A DNA stretch of 64,000 bases from Acidimicrobiaceae bacterium (GTDB lineage Bacteria > Actinomycetota > Acidimicrobiia > Acidimicrobiales > JAUTXP01), in the NCBI GenBank assembly GCA_030837965.1, contig JAUTXP010000014.1, forward strand, positions 8,605 to 72,604, read 5' to 3'. Of the stretch, positions 29,246 through 40,002 are shown piece after piece. The position numbers and the translations under genes are program-made. Positions within the stretch are counted from its first letter, which is position 1, and each line of letters begins with the position of its first letter. The notes under the pieces were generated by a model. The model made no database searches. It saw only the letters and a list, made by a program, of their open reading frames with translations, and was not told the origin of the DNA.

Positions 29246-30450
29246 CGGCGGCCCGCCCCCACTTCGGCCCGGAACACGGCTTCGAGCGACGCCAGCGGCC
29301 GCAGTTGCACGACCTGGCAGCCCAGGGTCGAGGCGAACGCCTGGGTGCGCGGGTCGGAGTCCTCCCACGTGAGGATTACCAGCACCACGTGGGTGCCCCG
29401 GTCGATGAGCAGCTTCAGCCGGGCCGCGGTCTCGCCGTCGAGATGGGGCGTGATGACGACGGTGTGGGCGTTGGCCGCCGCCCCCGCCAGCGTGACCACG
29501 CCCTCGGTCAACCGCTGCTTGCCCCGCTCGACCCGGGCCAGTTCGTCCAGCATCGGGATGCGGCCGGGCTCGTTGCGATAGACCGCGCCCAGCCTGCCGC
29601 CGTTGCCGAACAGCGAGACCGAGAAACCCGTCTTCAAGTGGTGGACGGCCAGCGAGGCGGCCGTCTTGATGGCGGCCTCGAACGTGTCGCTGGGGTCGCC
29701 GGGGGAGTGGGACGACGTGTCCGTGTCGATGAGGATGTGGACCCGGTCGGTGATGCCCTGCTCCGACTCGCGGATGAGCAGCCGGCCGGTGCGGGCCACC
29801 GCCTTCCACACCACCCGCTTCAACTCGTCGCCCCGCACGTAGTCGCGCATGCCGTAGAACTCGAAGCCGCTGGGCCACGGCTTCGACTCCGGCGGCCGGG
29901 TCGGCGGGTCCTCCCACTGCCGGGTGAGCGGACGGTCGTGCACGGCCTCGGTGGCCGGATGCACGATCACCGTGGTGGGCGGCAGCAGTTCGCTGGTCCT
30001 TCGGGTCAGGCCGAACGGGTCGGTCCACACCGCGACCAGCGGCCCGATCTCGTACACCCCCCGCAGCCGGGGCGTGACCGCGTACCGGTGGGGCAGGACG
30101 GTGCCGGGCTGCAAACCGGTCACGGGAACGGTGCGCGTGGTGCCCAAGTGCGGGTGCAACTGCTCCTCCATGAGGAACACGCCCACCCGCCGCTTGGCCG
30201 AGACCGAGACCTCCACCTCCATGCGCTGGCCTTGGCGCAAGCGGGTCGGCACCTCGCTGCGCTCGGCCACCAGGTCGGGCCTGCGCCTGCCCAGGAAGCG
30301 GGCCACTCCCACCACGGCGCCCACGCCGTACACGAGCACGAACAACGTGCGCCCGCCCACCCATCGGGCGAGGAACCAGCAGCCGAACGCGGCGAGGAGC
30401 ACGACGACGCCCGTCGTGGTCAACCCGGTCGCGCTCCGCAGCCGCCGCAT
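29242..30450 (-). CDS. DUF58 domain protein
   Basis: 402 aa with two N-terminal TM helices and the DUF58 hallmark FYGMRDYVRGDELKRVVWKAVARTGRLLIRE. Confidence 0.85.
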   Translation of the reverse strand: MRRLRSATGLTTTGVVVLLAAFGCWFLARWVGGRTLFVLVYGVGAVVGVARFLGRRRPDLVAERSEVPTRLRQGQRMEVEVSVSAKRRVGVFLMEEQLHPHLGTTRTVPVTGLQPGTVLPHRYAVTPRLRGVYEIGPLVAVWTDPFGLTRRTSELLPPTTVIVHPATEAVHDRPLTRQWEDPPTRPPESKPWPSGFEFYGMRDYVRGDELKRVVWKAVARTGRLLIRESEQGITDRVHILIDTDTSSHSPGDPSDTFEAAIKTAASLAVHHLKTGFSVSLFGNGGRLGAVYRNEPGRIPMLDELARVERGKQRLTEGVVTLAGAAANAHTVVITPHLDGETAARLKLLIDRGTHVVLVILTWEDSDPRTQAFASTLGCQVVQLRPLASLEAVFRAEVGAGRR

Positions 30451-30457
30451 GCCCGGG

Positions 30458-31509
<1,052 letters not shown>

Positions 31510-31510
<1 letters not shown>

Positions 31511-34500
31511 CAGGTGGTGCTCCTCTTCTCGACGGACTCGATCTTCTCGACGGACTCGATCTTCTCGACACGCCCGGCGTTCTCGGCAGGCCCGGTAACG
31601 GCGGGCGTGCCCGACCGGGCCAGGACCCGCTGGGACGTCCCCAGGTAGGCCTCCACCATCCGGGGGTCCTCGGTGACGTCGGTGACCGAGCCCTCGATGA
31701 TCGTCTGGCCCCTCACCATGCCGACCATGCGGTCGGCGATACCAGTCAGGAGCCGCATGTCGTGCTCGATCACCAGCAGCCCGCAACCAGTCTCCCTGCG
31801 GACGCGGTCGAGCACGGGCCCCAGCTCTTCGGCCTCGGCCTGGGCGATGCCGGACGACGGCTCGTCCAGCAACAGCACATCTGGATCGGCGGCCATCTCA
31901 CACGCCAGGTCGACGATGCGACGCGACCCGGTGGACAGCTCGGACACGAACTTCTCGCGGTAGTCGCCCAGGCCCAGCAGTTCGATGAGGCCCTCGGCGC
32001 GGGACCGCAGCTTGCGCTCGGCCCTTCGCACCTGGGGCAGCCACAGGGCCGACAACGCGGCCGAGCGGGAGGCGGCCGTGTGGCGCTCCATGGCCACGGT
32101 GATCGTCTCCAAGACGGTGAGCGACGGGAACAGGCGGGCGTCCTGGAACGACCGGCCCAGGCCCAGGCGGGCCCGCTGGTCCGGCGCCATGGCGGTGACG
32201 TCCTTGCCGCCAATGAGGATGCGTCCAGTGTCGACCGGGACGAAGCCGGACACGGCGTCGAACAAGGTGGTCTTGCCTGCGCCGTTGGGGCCGATCACGC
32301 CCACGATCTCGCCCGCCGCGACCTGGATGGTGGCGCCCGCCAACGCCTTCACGCCGCCGTACGAGACGTGCACGTCCTCGGCCTGCATGGCGGGCACACG
32401 GTCGGGCGCGGTGTCGATGTACGAGCGCAGCCGGGCGGGCACGGCCTGGCCCCCGGACGTGCCCTTCAGATAGACGGAGCGCAGGATGTCGGGCCGGGCC
32501 AACAGGTCGGCCGTCGGGCCGGAGAACCGGACCTCGCCCTTCTCCATGAACACGGCCCGCTCGGCCACGCTCAAGGCGATGTTGACCGACTGCTCGACCA
32601 GGATGATGGCCGTCCCCGACGCGTGGATCTCCTCCACCGCCCGCAACAACTGCTCCACGATGGCGGGTGCCAGCCCGAGCGACAGCTCGTCGATCAACAG
32701 CACCTTGGGCCGCATGATGAGCGCTTGGCCCAAGGCGACCATCTGCTGCTCGCCGCCGGATAGGGCGCCCGCGGCCAGGTCCATGCGCTCGCGCAATGCG
32801 GGGAACAGCGTGAGGACGCGCTCGACGCGCCCATCCAGGTCGTCGGCGTCGATCCAGCCCGCGGCCGCCAGGTTCTCGGCCACGGACAGGGCGGGGAACA
32901 CGCCCTTGCCGCCCGGCATCTGCACGATGCCGAAGCGGGCCAACTCATGGGGCGGCGTGTAGGTGATGTCGCGCTCGTCCATGTAGATGGCGCCGCCGGT
33001 GGTCGGGGCCAAGCCGCTGATGGCCCGCAGCAGCGTGGACTTGCCCGCCCCGTTGGTGCCGAGCAGGGCGACCAGCTCACCCTCCTCCACCTCGAAGTCC
33101 ACGCCGAACAGAACCTGCACGCCGTCGTAGTGCACGTCCACCTTGCGACAGATCAACAGCTTGGCCCGGCCGGAGTCGTGCGACCTGGCCATCTCCTCCT
33201 CGGCCAGCGCCGCGTGCCGCGCGTCGGCGATGTCCTTGCCCACGTCCACCGACGCGGTCAGCAGGATGAGGGTGCCGATGGACAGCAGGGGCAGGGCGAA
33301 GAGCAAGGAGTTGTGGATGGCGTTGGCGCCCCCGGTGACGGCCACGGCCAACGGCAGGCTCAACAGGCCGATGAGGCCGAACAGCGGGGGAAGCTGCATG
33401 CCGAACGAGCGCAGTCGGGCGGGGACGACGAGCGACATCAACGTGTCTCGCGCCGCGATCGGAGTGGCCGAGAAGGCGGGCTGGGCCAAGGCCAGCACCA
33501 ACGCGATCCACCGGTTGCCGACGAACGCCAGCACGAGGATGGCGGCCACGTTGAAGACGTTGATGAGGCCGAGGAACGTCATGACCCGGCCAGGCTTCTC
33601 ACCTAGAAGCCGGTCGACGAGGGTGCCGCCGAAGGACAGTCCCATGCCCACCATCAACTGCTGCGCGCCCTGCATCAGGGCGACCGACAGGGGCGAGATA
33701 CCCGCGGTGCGGCTGATGATGACGAGCAACAGCGGGAGCAGCACAGGCCCGCCCGCGCTGAGGAACACCTGGGCGTAGGCCACCCGCCGCAGCGTGCGCA
33801 CGGACATGGCCCCGCGCAACGACTCGCCGAAGCTCGGATGCTGCTGCTCGCGCGACGCCACGTCCTCGCTGACACCGAGGCGCAGGCGATCCCATCGGCC
33901 GCGGGGCGGCTCCCTCAGCGTGAACCACGGGACCGCGCCTGCCAGCGCGACCACACCGGTGACGAGGATGGCCACCCGCCAGCCGAACACGGTGGCGAGG
34001 GCGCCGCCCGCGATGGCGCCGGGGATGAGGGCGGTGGCCGCGAACGCGGCCTTGGCGCCGATCACCCGGCCTCTGATCTCTGGGGGGTAGTAGTCGGCCA
34101 GCAGCGGCGCAGTGGTGGCCACCGAGATGGGGCCGAAGCCGCCCAGCGTGTCGTGGGTGATCTTCATGATCACCAAGCCGATGATCCCCGGCCAGATGCC
34201 GAAGACCAAGGCCATCACGGCCCAGATCAGCGCCGTCACCGCGCTGATGGCGACGCGCGACAAGCGGTCGGCGAAGTAGCCGGCGAAGGGCCCGATGGCG
34301 GCGCCGAAGAACGCGAACAGACCACCCACGCCGACCAACGCCGAGTCGCTGATGCCCAGGTCGCGCCGGATCACCAGGAAGCTGGCGTTGAACGTCCCGG
34401 CGAAAATGCCTTGGGTCATGCCGCTGAGGACCATGACCCAGAAGGGCCACGAGGACTGGCCGCTCTCGGCGATGCGGGGGTTGGCGTCGTGCACGAAGCG

Positions 34501-34641
34501 AACGAGGCGCTCCTTCAACGACGGCCGGGGTGGCCGGGACGCGCCCTGTTCGGGCCTCGGCGCGTCGATGGCGTCGACCGCCTCCATGCCGAGCGCCCGT
34601 TCGCGTTCGGAGGGGACGGGCGGGCGCAGGACGTCGGTCAT
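31510..34641 (-). CDS. Tri-domain fusion: MFS transporter domain + LivF-like ATPase + LivG-like ATPase (1043 aa)
   Basis: ATG 34641 within ORF 31510..35202, in an ATGA overlap with the upstream permease. Residues about 60-465 are 12-TM MFS-like (GYFADRLSRV motif A). NBD1 has GTNGAGKST, LSGGEQQM and LLIDELSLGLAP. NBD2 has GPNGAGKTT, LSTGSRR and LLLDEPSSG. Confidence 0.85.
31525..31569. repeat. 18-nt tandem repeat, 2.5 copies (CTTCTCGACGGACTCGAT)
   Basis: Seen directly. It encodes (VEKIES)x2-VEK at the extreme C-terminus of the MFS-ABC fusion protein. Confidence 0.9.
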
Positions 34642-36893
34642 TGCCTGCCTCGGGCATGCGCGGCGACGCGAGGGACAGTGAGCGGGCGGCGGGGCAGGCG
34701 GTAGCGCGCGGGAAGCTCGATGGGGCTCCCGTCGGCCCTGACCTTGGGATGGATGGCCGCCTTCTCCTCGCCCGCGAACACGCGCCCGTCGGCCAACAGG
34801 CTGGGCACGCGGATGCGGTTGCGCACCGCGATGCGCCGCAGCAGCGCGTCCCTCCCTGCGAACACGGCCTGGGTCAGCCCGCCGGGGACGAAGGCCAGGA
34901 TGACGAGCACCAGCGCGGCGCTGAACACGCCCACGAAGGCGGGCACGAAGATGGTGAGCCCGCCCACCATGAAGGCTCCGAGCAACGGCCCTGCGATCGA
35001 ACCCAGCCCGCCGATCACGACCATGAGGAACATGGTGAGGCTGACCTCGGGCGAGAAGTTGCCGGGGGCGATGCCGCCCTGCTGGTAGGCGAACAGCCCA
35101 CCCGCCATGGCCGCGATGAGGCCCGCCACTGCGAACGTCTCCAGCCGGGCCCGAACCAGGTTGATGCCGAACGACTGGGCGGCGCGGTCGTTGTCCCTGC
35201 ACGCGATCAAAGCCCGGGCCGTGCGGCTTCGGCGCATGCCCACCACGGCCACCGTCACCAGGCCCAGCAAGGCCAAGGCCAAGTAGTAGAAGACGGTCTC
35301 GTTGGACGCGTCGAGCCCGAAGATGGAAGGCCGCTCGATGGTGGAGGGCACGAGCCTGCCGCCGTAGCGCTCACCGAGCAGCACGTTGGTGACGGCCACG
35401 GCGAAGGCCAGCGTGGTGACGGCCAGGTACAGGCCGCGGATGCGCAGCGCGGGCAGGCCCACCACGACCGAGGCCAGCGCGCCGAGCAGGCCCGCCAGCG
35501 GCAGGGCGATGAGGAACGGCAAGCCGAGCTTGGCCCCGAACAAGGCCACGCCCCACCCGCCGATGGCGGCGAAGGCGAACTGGCCCAGCGAGATGAGGCC
35601 CGCCCAACCGGTGAGCAGCAGCAGCGAAAGACCGACGATCCCGTAGAGCAGCATCACCGTTCCGCTGGCGGTCTGGCTGGGCGACATGATGAACGGGAAG
35701 CCGACCACGATGAGGCCGAGGCCAATGGTGACGCGCCTGCGCAGTCGGGCCACGTCCTTCTGGCCTCGCAATTCCGCGGGAACGGGCCGCACCTCTCGGG
35801 CCGCGATCCATGACCCGCCGGTCGGGTCGACGCGCCCGGCGCGGGGCACGGGGCGCAGCAGCAGGAAGGCGAGCAGGAGGCCGAACACGACCAGGTCGAG
35901 GATGGTGGCGTTGCCGAACGACCACAGGAAGCTTTGGTCGAGCACGGCCAGTCCGAGCACGGCCAACAGGGCGAGAGGCAGGTTGACCATTCCGGCGATG
36001 ACCGCCGCGGCCAGGACGCGCACCAAGGTCCCCGCCGCCGCGCCGCCCGCGCCGCCGCCGTTGGCCATCACCGCCAACACGCCGGCCAGACCGGACAGCA
36101 GCCCGGCCATGGTCCACACGGTGGCGCCCACCATGGTGACGTTGACGCCGAGCGACGCGGCCCGGTCCGGGTTCTCGGCCGCGGCCCGAACGGCCACGCC
36201 GGTCCGCGTCCTGCGCAGGAACCACACGATGCCGACCAAGGCGACGACGGCGGCCACCACCGCGGCCACGTCGGCCGTGTTGAACACGGCGGGGGAGATG
36301 GTGAAGCGGATGTGCACCGGTGCGGGGATGACGCCGCCCGGCTCCTTGTCCTTGAACCACCCCGGCACCCGGCTGGCGGCCCACGTCATCACCTGGGCCA
36401 CGGCGATGGTGGCCACGGTGCCGACCAACGGAGGGGCGTCCCTGAAGCGGCGAATGACGAACAGGTAGGTGAGCAGGCCGAACACGGCGGAGATGAAGAT
36501 GGCGGTCAGCGCCGCGGTCCAGTACTCGGCCTGCACCATCCACGGCGACACCCGCCGGTTCAGGCAGTTGCACACCACGTTGGTGGCGATGAGCAGGGTG
36601 TGGCGCTTGACCAGTTCGAAGAACAACAGGCTGCCGAAGGCGCCCAGTTGGATCTGGGCGATGTTGATGACACGGCTGCTGCGGTAGACGAGGACCACGC
36701 CGGTAACGGCCAGGGCGGCCCGGCTGGCGAACACGCCAGCGCTCAGTCCGATGCCGAACGGCAGGCCTCGCGGGAACAGCGCGGCAGCCACGAAGACCAC
36801 GCCGATGAGGGCGGCGGCCAGCGCGTCGGGGCGGCGGGCGAGCGCGCCGAGTCGGGCGCGCAGGCCTGTGCCGTCAGACGAGTGTGCTGCCAC
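34638..36893 (-). CDS. Fused LivH-LivM type branched-chain amino acid (HAAT family) ABC permease
   Basis: 751 aa. The N-terminal half is LivH-like (RAAAENPDRAASLGVNV) and the C-terminal half is LivM-like (ACRDNDRAAQSFGINL). It has many TM helices. Confidence 0.85.
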   Translation of the reverse strand: MAAHSSDGTGLRARLGALARRPDALAAALIGVVFVAAALFPRGLPFGIGLSAGVFASRAALAVTGVVLVYRSSRVINIAQIQLGAFGSLLFFELVKRHTLLIATNVVCNCLNRRVSPWMVQAEYWTAALTAIFISAVFGLLTYLFVIRRFRDAPPLVGTVATIAVAQVMTWAASRVPGWFKDKEPGGVIPAPVHIRFTISPAVFNTADVAAVVAAVVALVGIVWFLRRTRTGVAVRAAAENPDRAASLGVNVTMVGATVWTMAGLLSGLAGVLAVMANGGGAGGAAAGTLVRVLAAAVIAGMVNLPLALLAVLGLAVLDQSFLWSFGNATILDLVVFGLLLAFLLLRPVPRAGRVDPTGGSWIAAREVRPVPAELRGQKDVARLRRRVTIGLGLIVVGFPFIMSPSQTASGTVMLLYGIVGLSLLLLTGWAGLISLGQFAFAAIGGWGVALFGAKLGLPFLIALPLAGLLGALASVVVGLPALRIRGLYLAVTTLAFAVAVTNVLLGERYGGRLVPSTIERPSIFGLDASNETVFYYLALALLGLVTVAVVGMRRSRTARALIACRDNDRAAQSFGINLVRARLETFAVAGLIAAMAGGLFAYQQGGIAPGNFSPEVSLTMFLMVVIGGLGSIAGPLLGAFMVGGLTIFVPAFVGVFSAALVLVILAFVPGGLTQAVFAGRDALLRRIAVRNRIRVPSLLADGRVFAGEEKAAIHPKVRADGSPIELPARYRLPRRPLTVPRVAAHARGRQ

Positions 36894-36972
36894 GTGTCGT
36901 TGCCGCTCCGGAGCGCGCCTCGGCCCGCCCGCTTGGTCGTGTTTCTACGACTATGAACATTCGGCGCCGGCC

Positions 36973-37001
36973 TTGACTCCCCCTGTCCATGTCCGTATGT
37001 T
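36973..37001 (+). promoter_or_regulatory. Candidate sigma-70-type promoter TTGACT-N17-TATGTT
   Basis: These near-consensus hexamers with 17-nt spacing lie in the roughly 200-bp divergent intergenic region, about 90 nt upstream of the 37092 gene. Sequence inspection only. Confidence 0.35.
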
Positions 37002-37091
37002 AAGCCGGAGTCCTAACAAACGTCGAGGCAGAAGAGCCCGCGTCCGGCGCCGCATCATTATCGGCTCGGACAGGGACGAAGAGGAGAACGG

Positions 37092-38450
37092 GTGCCGGGA
37101 GGACTTTCGCCCCGCCAGGTCGCCAATCAGCTCGAGCGATGCTTTCGCGCCGAGGCCGACTTCCTGCGCGTCCTGGGGGCGTGGACCGGACGGGTGGTCG
37201 AGAACGACGAGCGGCTGGCCCTGGCCCGAGACGTCGGTTGGCGGGCCGAGCATGCCGACGCCCTGCGTCTGCGCCTGACCCGGCTGCGCACCACCGACCG
37301 CATGATCCACGTGCCGTCGGCCGAGTGGCGGCACCTGGTCGAGCTGGTGGACGACGCGCCGGGCACGGACGAGCTGATCGCCGCGGTCTATCGCGTCGTG
37401 GTGCCCGCCCTCATCGACGCTTACGAGCGGCTGGCCGCCGAGTGCGATCCGCTGGCCGACGAGCTGACCATCCGGCTGGTGGAGCGCGAGCTGCTCCCCG
37501 ACCATCGCGAGCGGACGGTGTGGGCCGAGTGGTTCCTGGCGGGCCGTTCGCCCGACCCTGCATACGTCGATCAGGTGGCGGACGCGTTGGAGGCCGCGGG
37601 CGGCTTGGTCGTGCGCAGCGACGCCGTCCCCGACGACCGCGACGACGAGCAGGCCGACTTGGGCACAGGCTTTTGGCCGCTGCCGCGGGCCAACGTGGAT
37701 CGCATCGAGTTGGGCCGCGAGTACCGCATCGCGGCGGACGGCGAGCCGTTGTCGTACTGCCCGACCTTCGAGGAGTTCGGCCCGCGTGAGGTCGAGGTGC
37801 TCGTCGTGCATCACGGCCTCATGCCGGAGATCGCGTCGCTGTGCATCATCGGCGCCCTCTTGCACGAGGTGCCGGACCGGCCCTGGGCCTTCTACCGCGA
37901 CTTCGCCACCCAGTGCGCCGACGAGGTCCGCCACATCGGGCTGCTGCTGCGACGGCTCACCGAGTTGGACAGCGGGCCCGATGCCCACGCCTTCCCCACG
38001 TGGACCTTCTATGACGCGGTCGCCTTTTTGCCCGCCCGCGAACGCACGCTGGTGTTCAACGCCGTGGTCGAGGGCAACGTGGTCGAGACCCTGCACGAGC
38101 GGGCCGCGGCGTTGGAGCGGGCGGGCAGCCCCGAGAGCGCCTACGTCATGGACTGGATCTCGGCCGACGAGTCCCTTCATCTGCACAACGGGATGGCCTG
38201 GCTGGCCGACGGTGGCGCCGACGTGGACACGCTGCTCGACATGGGACAGGCCCTGTTGGGCGAGGTCATGCGCCAGAAGGGCGCCACCGAGAAGGTGTTC
38301 GACTCGGCGTCGGAGTCGTTGAGCAAGGGCAACTTCTACGCCCCTCGCAAGAACCCGGTGGCCCCCATCGCCCGTGAGTTGGGCGGGTTCTCCAAACCAC
38401 AGATCGACCGGCTCATCGAGTCGGCCGACGGCCGCACCATTCGGCGGTAG
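37092..38450 (+). CDS. Ferritin-like di-iron protein (DUF455-like C-terminal half) with about 220-aa N-terminal extension
   Basis: 452 aa with ExxH motifs (ADEVRHIGLL, ADESLHLHNG) and upstream Glu residues (MPEIASL, VVETLHE) in a helical context. Confidence 0.6.
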   Translation: MPGGLSPRQVANQLERCFRAEADFLRVLGAWTGRVVENDERLALARDVGWRAEHADALRLRLTRLRTTDRMIHVPSAEWRHLVELVDDAPGTDELIAAVYRVVVPALIDAYERLAAECDPLADELTIRLVERELLPDHRERTVWAEWFLAGRSPDPAYVDQVADALEAAGGLVVRSDAVPDDRDDEQADLGTGFWPLPRANVDRIELGREYRIAADGEPLSYCPTFEEFGPREVEVLVVHHGLMPEIASLCIIGALLHEVPDRPWAFYRDFATQCADEVRHIGLLLRRLTELDSGPDAHAFPTWTFYDAVAFLPARERTLVFNAVVEGNVVETLHERAAALERAGSPESAYVMDWISADESLHLHNGMAWLADGGADVDTLLDMGQALLGEVMRQKGATEKVFDSASESLSKGNFYAPRKNPVAPIARELGGFSKPQIDRLIESADGRTIRR

Positions 38451-38453
38451 CTG

Positions 38454-39170
38454 ATGGCTCTTGCCCTCGACGGACAGGTCGCCCTGGTGACCGGATCGGC
38501 GGGCGGGATCGGGCGCGCCCTGGTGTCGGCCCTGGGCCGCGAGGGCGCGTGCGTGGTGGGGGTGGACGTGGCCGAGTGCGATCTGTCGTCGGCCGCGGCG
38601 GTGTCCGAGTTGGTGCCGTCGGTGGTGAAGGAGCACGGCCGCATCGACGTGCTGGTCAACAACGCAGGGCTGGCCCGCCACAACGCCATCGTGGATGTGC
38701 GTGACGAGGACGTGGACCTCATGTGGGCGGTCAACGCCCGGGCCGTGATGCTGCTGTGCAGGGACGCGCTGCGGGCCATGTCCGCGCCGGGCGGTATCGG
38801 AGGGCAGATCGTCAACGTGGTCTCGACTGCGGGGCTGCGGGGCGGCGCGGGGGAGTCGGTCTACTGCGCCACCAAGTTCGCGGTGCGGGGCTTCACCGAG
38901 GCACTGGTTGACGAGGCCAGGGCCGCGGGCGTGCGCGTCCACGGCGTGTACCCCGCGGGCGTGGCCACCGGGTTCTGGTCCGACGCCACCGCGCACGGTC
39001 CGGGGGTGGACGTGGCCTCCGCCTTCTTGCAGCCGGAGGACGTGGCCGCGGTGGTGCTGTCGGCCCTGACCGCGCCCGCCCGCGTGCACGTGCCCGAAGT
39101 GGTGGTGCGGGCCGTGGCCGACGGCGATGTCGAGGGCACCCGGCGCAAGCTCGAATGGTTCCGGTCGTGA
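38454..39170 (+). CDS. SDR-family oxidoreductase
   Basis: 238 aa with VTGSAGGIGRAL, NNAG and YCATKFAVRGF (YxxxK). Confidence 0.88.
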   Translation: MALALDGQVALVTGSAGGIGRALVSALGREGACVVGVDVAECDLSSAAAVSELVPSVVKEHGRIDVLVNNAGLARHNAIVDVRDEDVDLMWAVNARAVMLLCRDALRAMSAPGGIGGQIVNVVSTAGLRGGAGESVYCATKFAVRGFTEALVDEARAAGVRVHGVYPAGVATGFWSDATAHGPGVDVASAFLQPEDVAAVVLSALTAPARVHVPEVVVRAVADGDVEGTRRKLEWFRS

Positions 39171-40000
39171 GCGGTCCTGGCCGCGTGCCCGCGCCGGGCC
39201 GGCTGGTGGGCGAGACGGTGTGGAGCGAGGCCAACCGTCGGCGCTTCGAGCACTGGGCCTGGGTGCCCGAGGGCATGGGCGAAGGGCCCTTCCCCCTGCT
39301 CCTGCTGCTGCACGGCGTGTACGACGCGGGCGGGTTCGTGTGGTGGCACAAGGGCAGCGCACGCGAGACCTTGGACCGCTTGGCCCTTCCGGTGGTGGTG
39401 CTGATGGCGACCGACACCGGGGCCGAGCAGGGCTCGGGCTACTGCGACTGGGCCGACGGGACCACCAGGGCCGAGACCCATGTGATCGACGAGCTTTTGC
39501 AATGGGCGTCGTGGATGCTCCCGGTGCAGGGGGCCAGCCGCCATATCGCAGGCCTGTCAATGGGCGGGTATGGCTCGCTGCTGTTGGCCCTGCGCCACCC
39601 CGGCGTGTTCGACAGCGCCAGCAGCACCAGCGGGTTCTTCAGCCCGAGTCGACTGTTCGACTTCGTGCCCGAGGCGGCCACGCGCATGTGGGGCGACGAG
39701 GAGGGCCAGGCGGCCCATGACGTGCGCGGCCTGATCGCCGACCCGACCCGGCGAGAGGGCCTGCGCATCGCGTTGGACTGCGGCACCGAGGACGTGCTGT
39801 TGGACGACAACCGGCTCATGCACACCCGGCTGGACGAGTTGGGCGTGGAGCACGGGTATGCCGAGCACGCGGGCGGCCACGATTGGGACTACTGGACGGC
39901 CCGGCTGGCCGATCACGTCTGCTTCGCCTTGGGCCACGACACGCCCCTCGCCCCGGCGCCGTCCGCTCCTCGGGGCCGTGACCTCGGAATGGCGAGGTAA
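39155..40000 (+). CDS. Esterase / alpha-beta hydrolase (esterase D-like)
   Basis: 281 aa with PLLLLLHGV and the nucleophile elbow GLSMGGYG. It overlaps the SDR gene end. Confidence 0.7.
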   Translation: MVPVVSGPGRVPAPGRLVGETVWSEANRRRFEHWAWVPEGMGEGPFPLLLLLHGVYDAGGFVWWHKGSARETLDRLALPVVVLMATDTGAEQGSGYCDWADGTTRAETHVIDELLQWASWMLPVQGASRHIAGLSMGGYGSLLLALRHPGVFDSASSTSGFFSPSRLFDFVPEAATRMWGDEEGQAAHDVRGLIADPTRREGLRIALDCGTEDVLLDDNRLMHTRLDELGVEHGYAEHAGGHDWDYWTARLADHVCFALGHDTPLAPAPSAPRGRDLGMAR

Positions 40001-40002
40001 CG

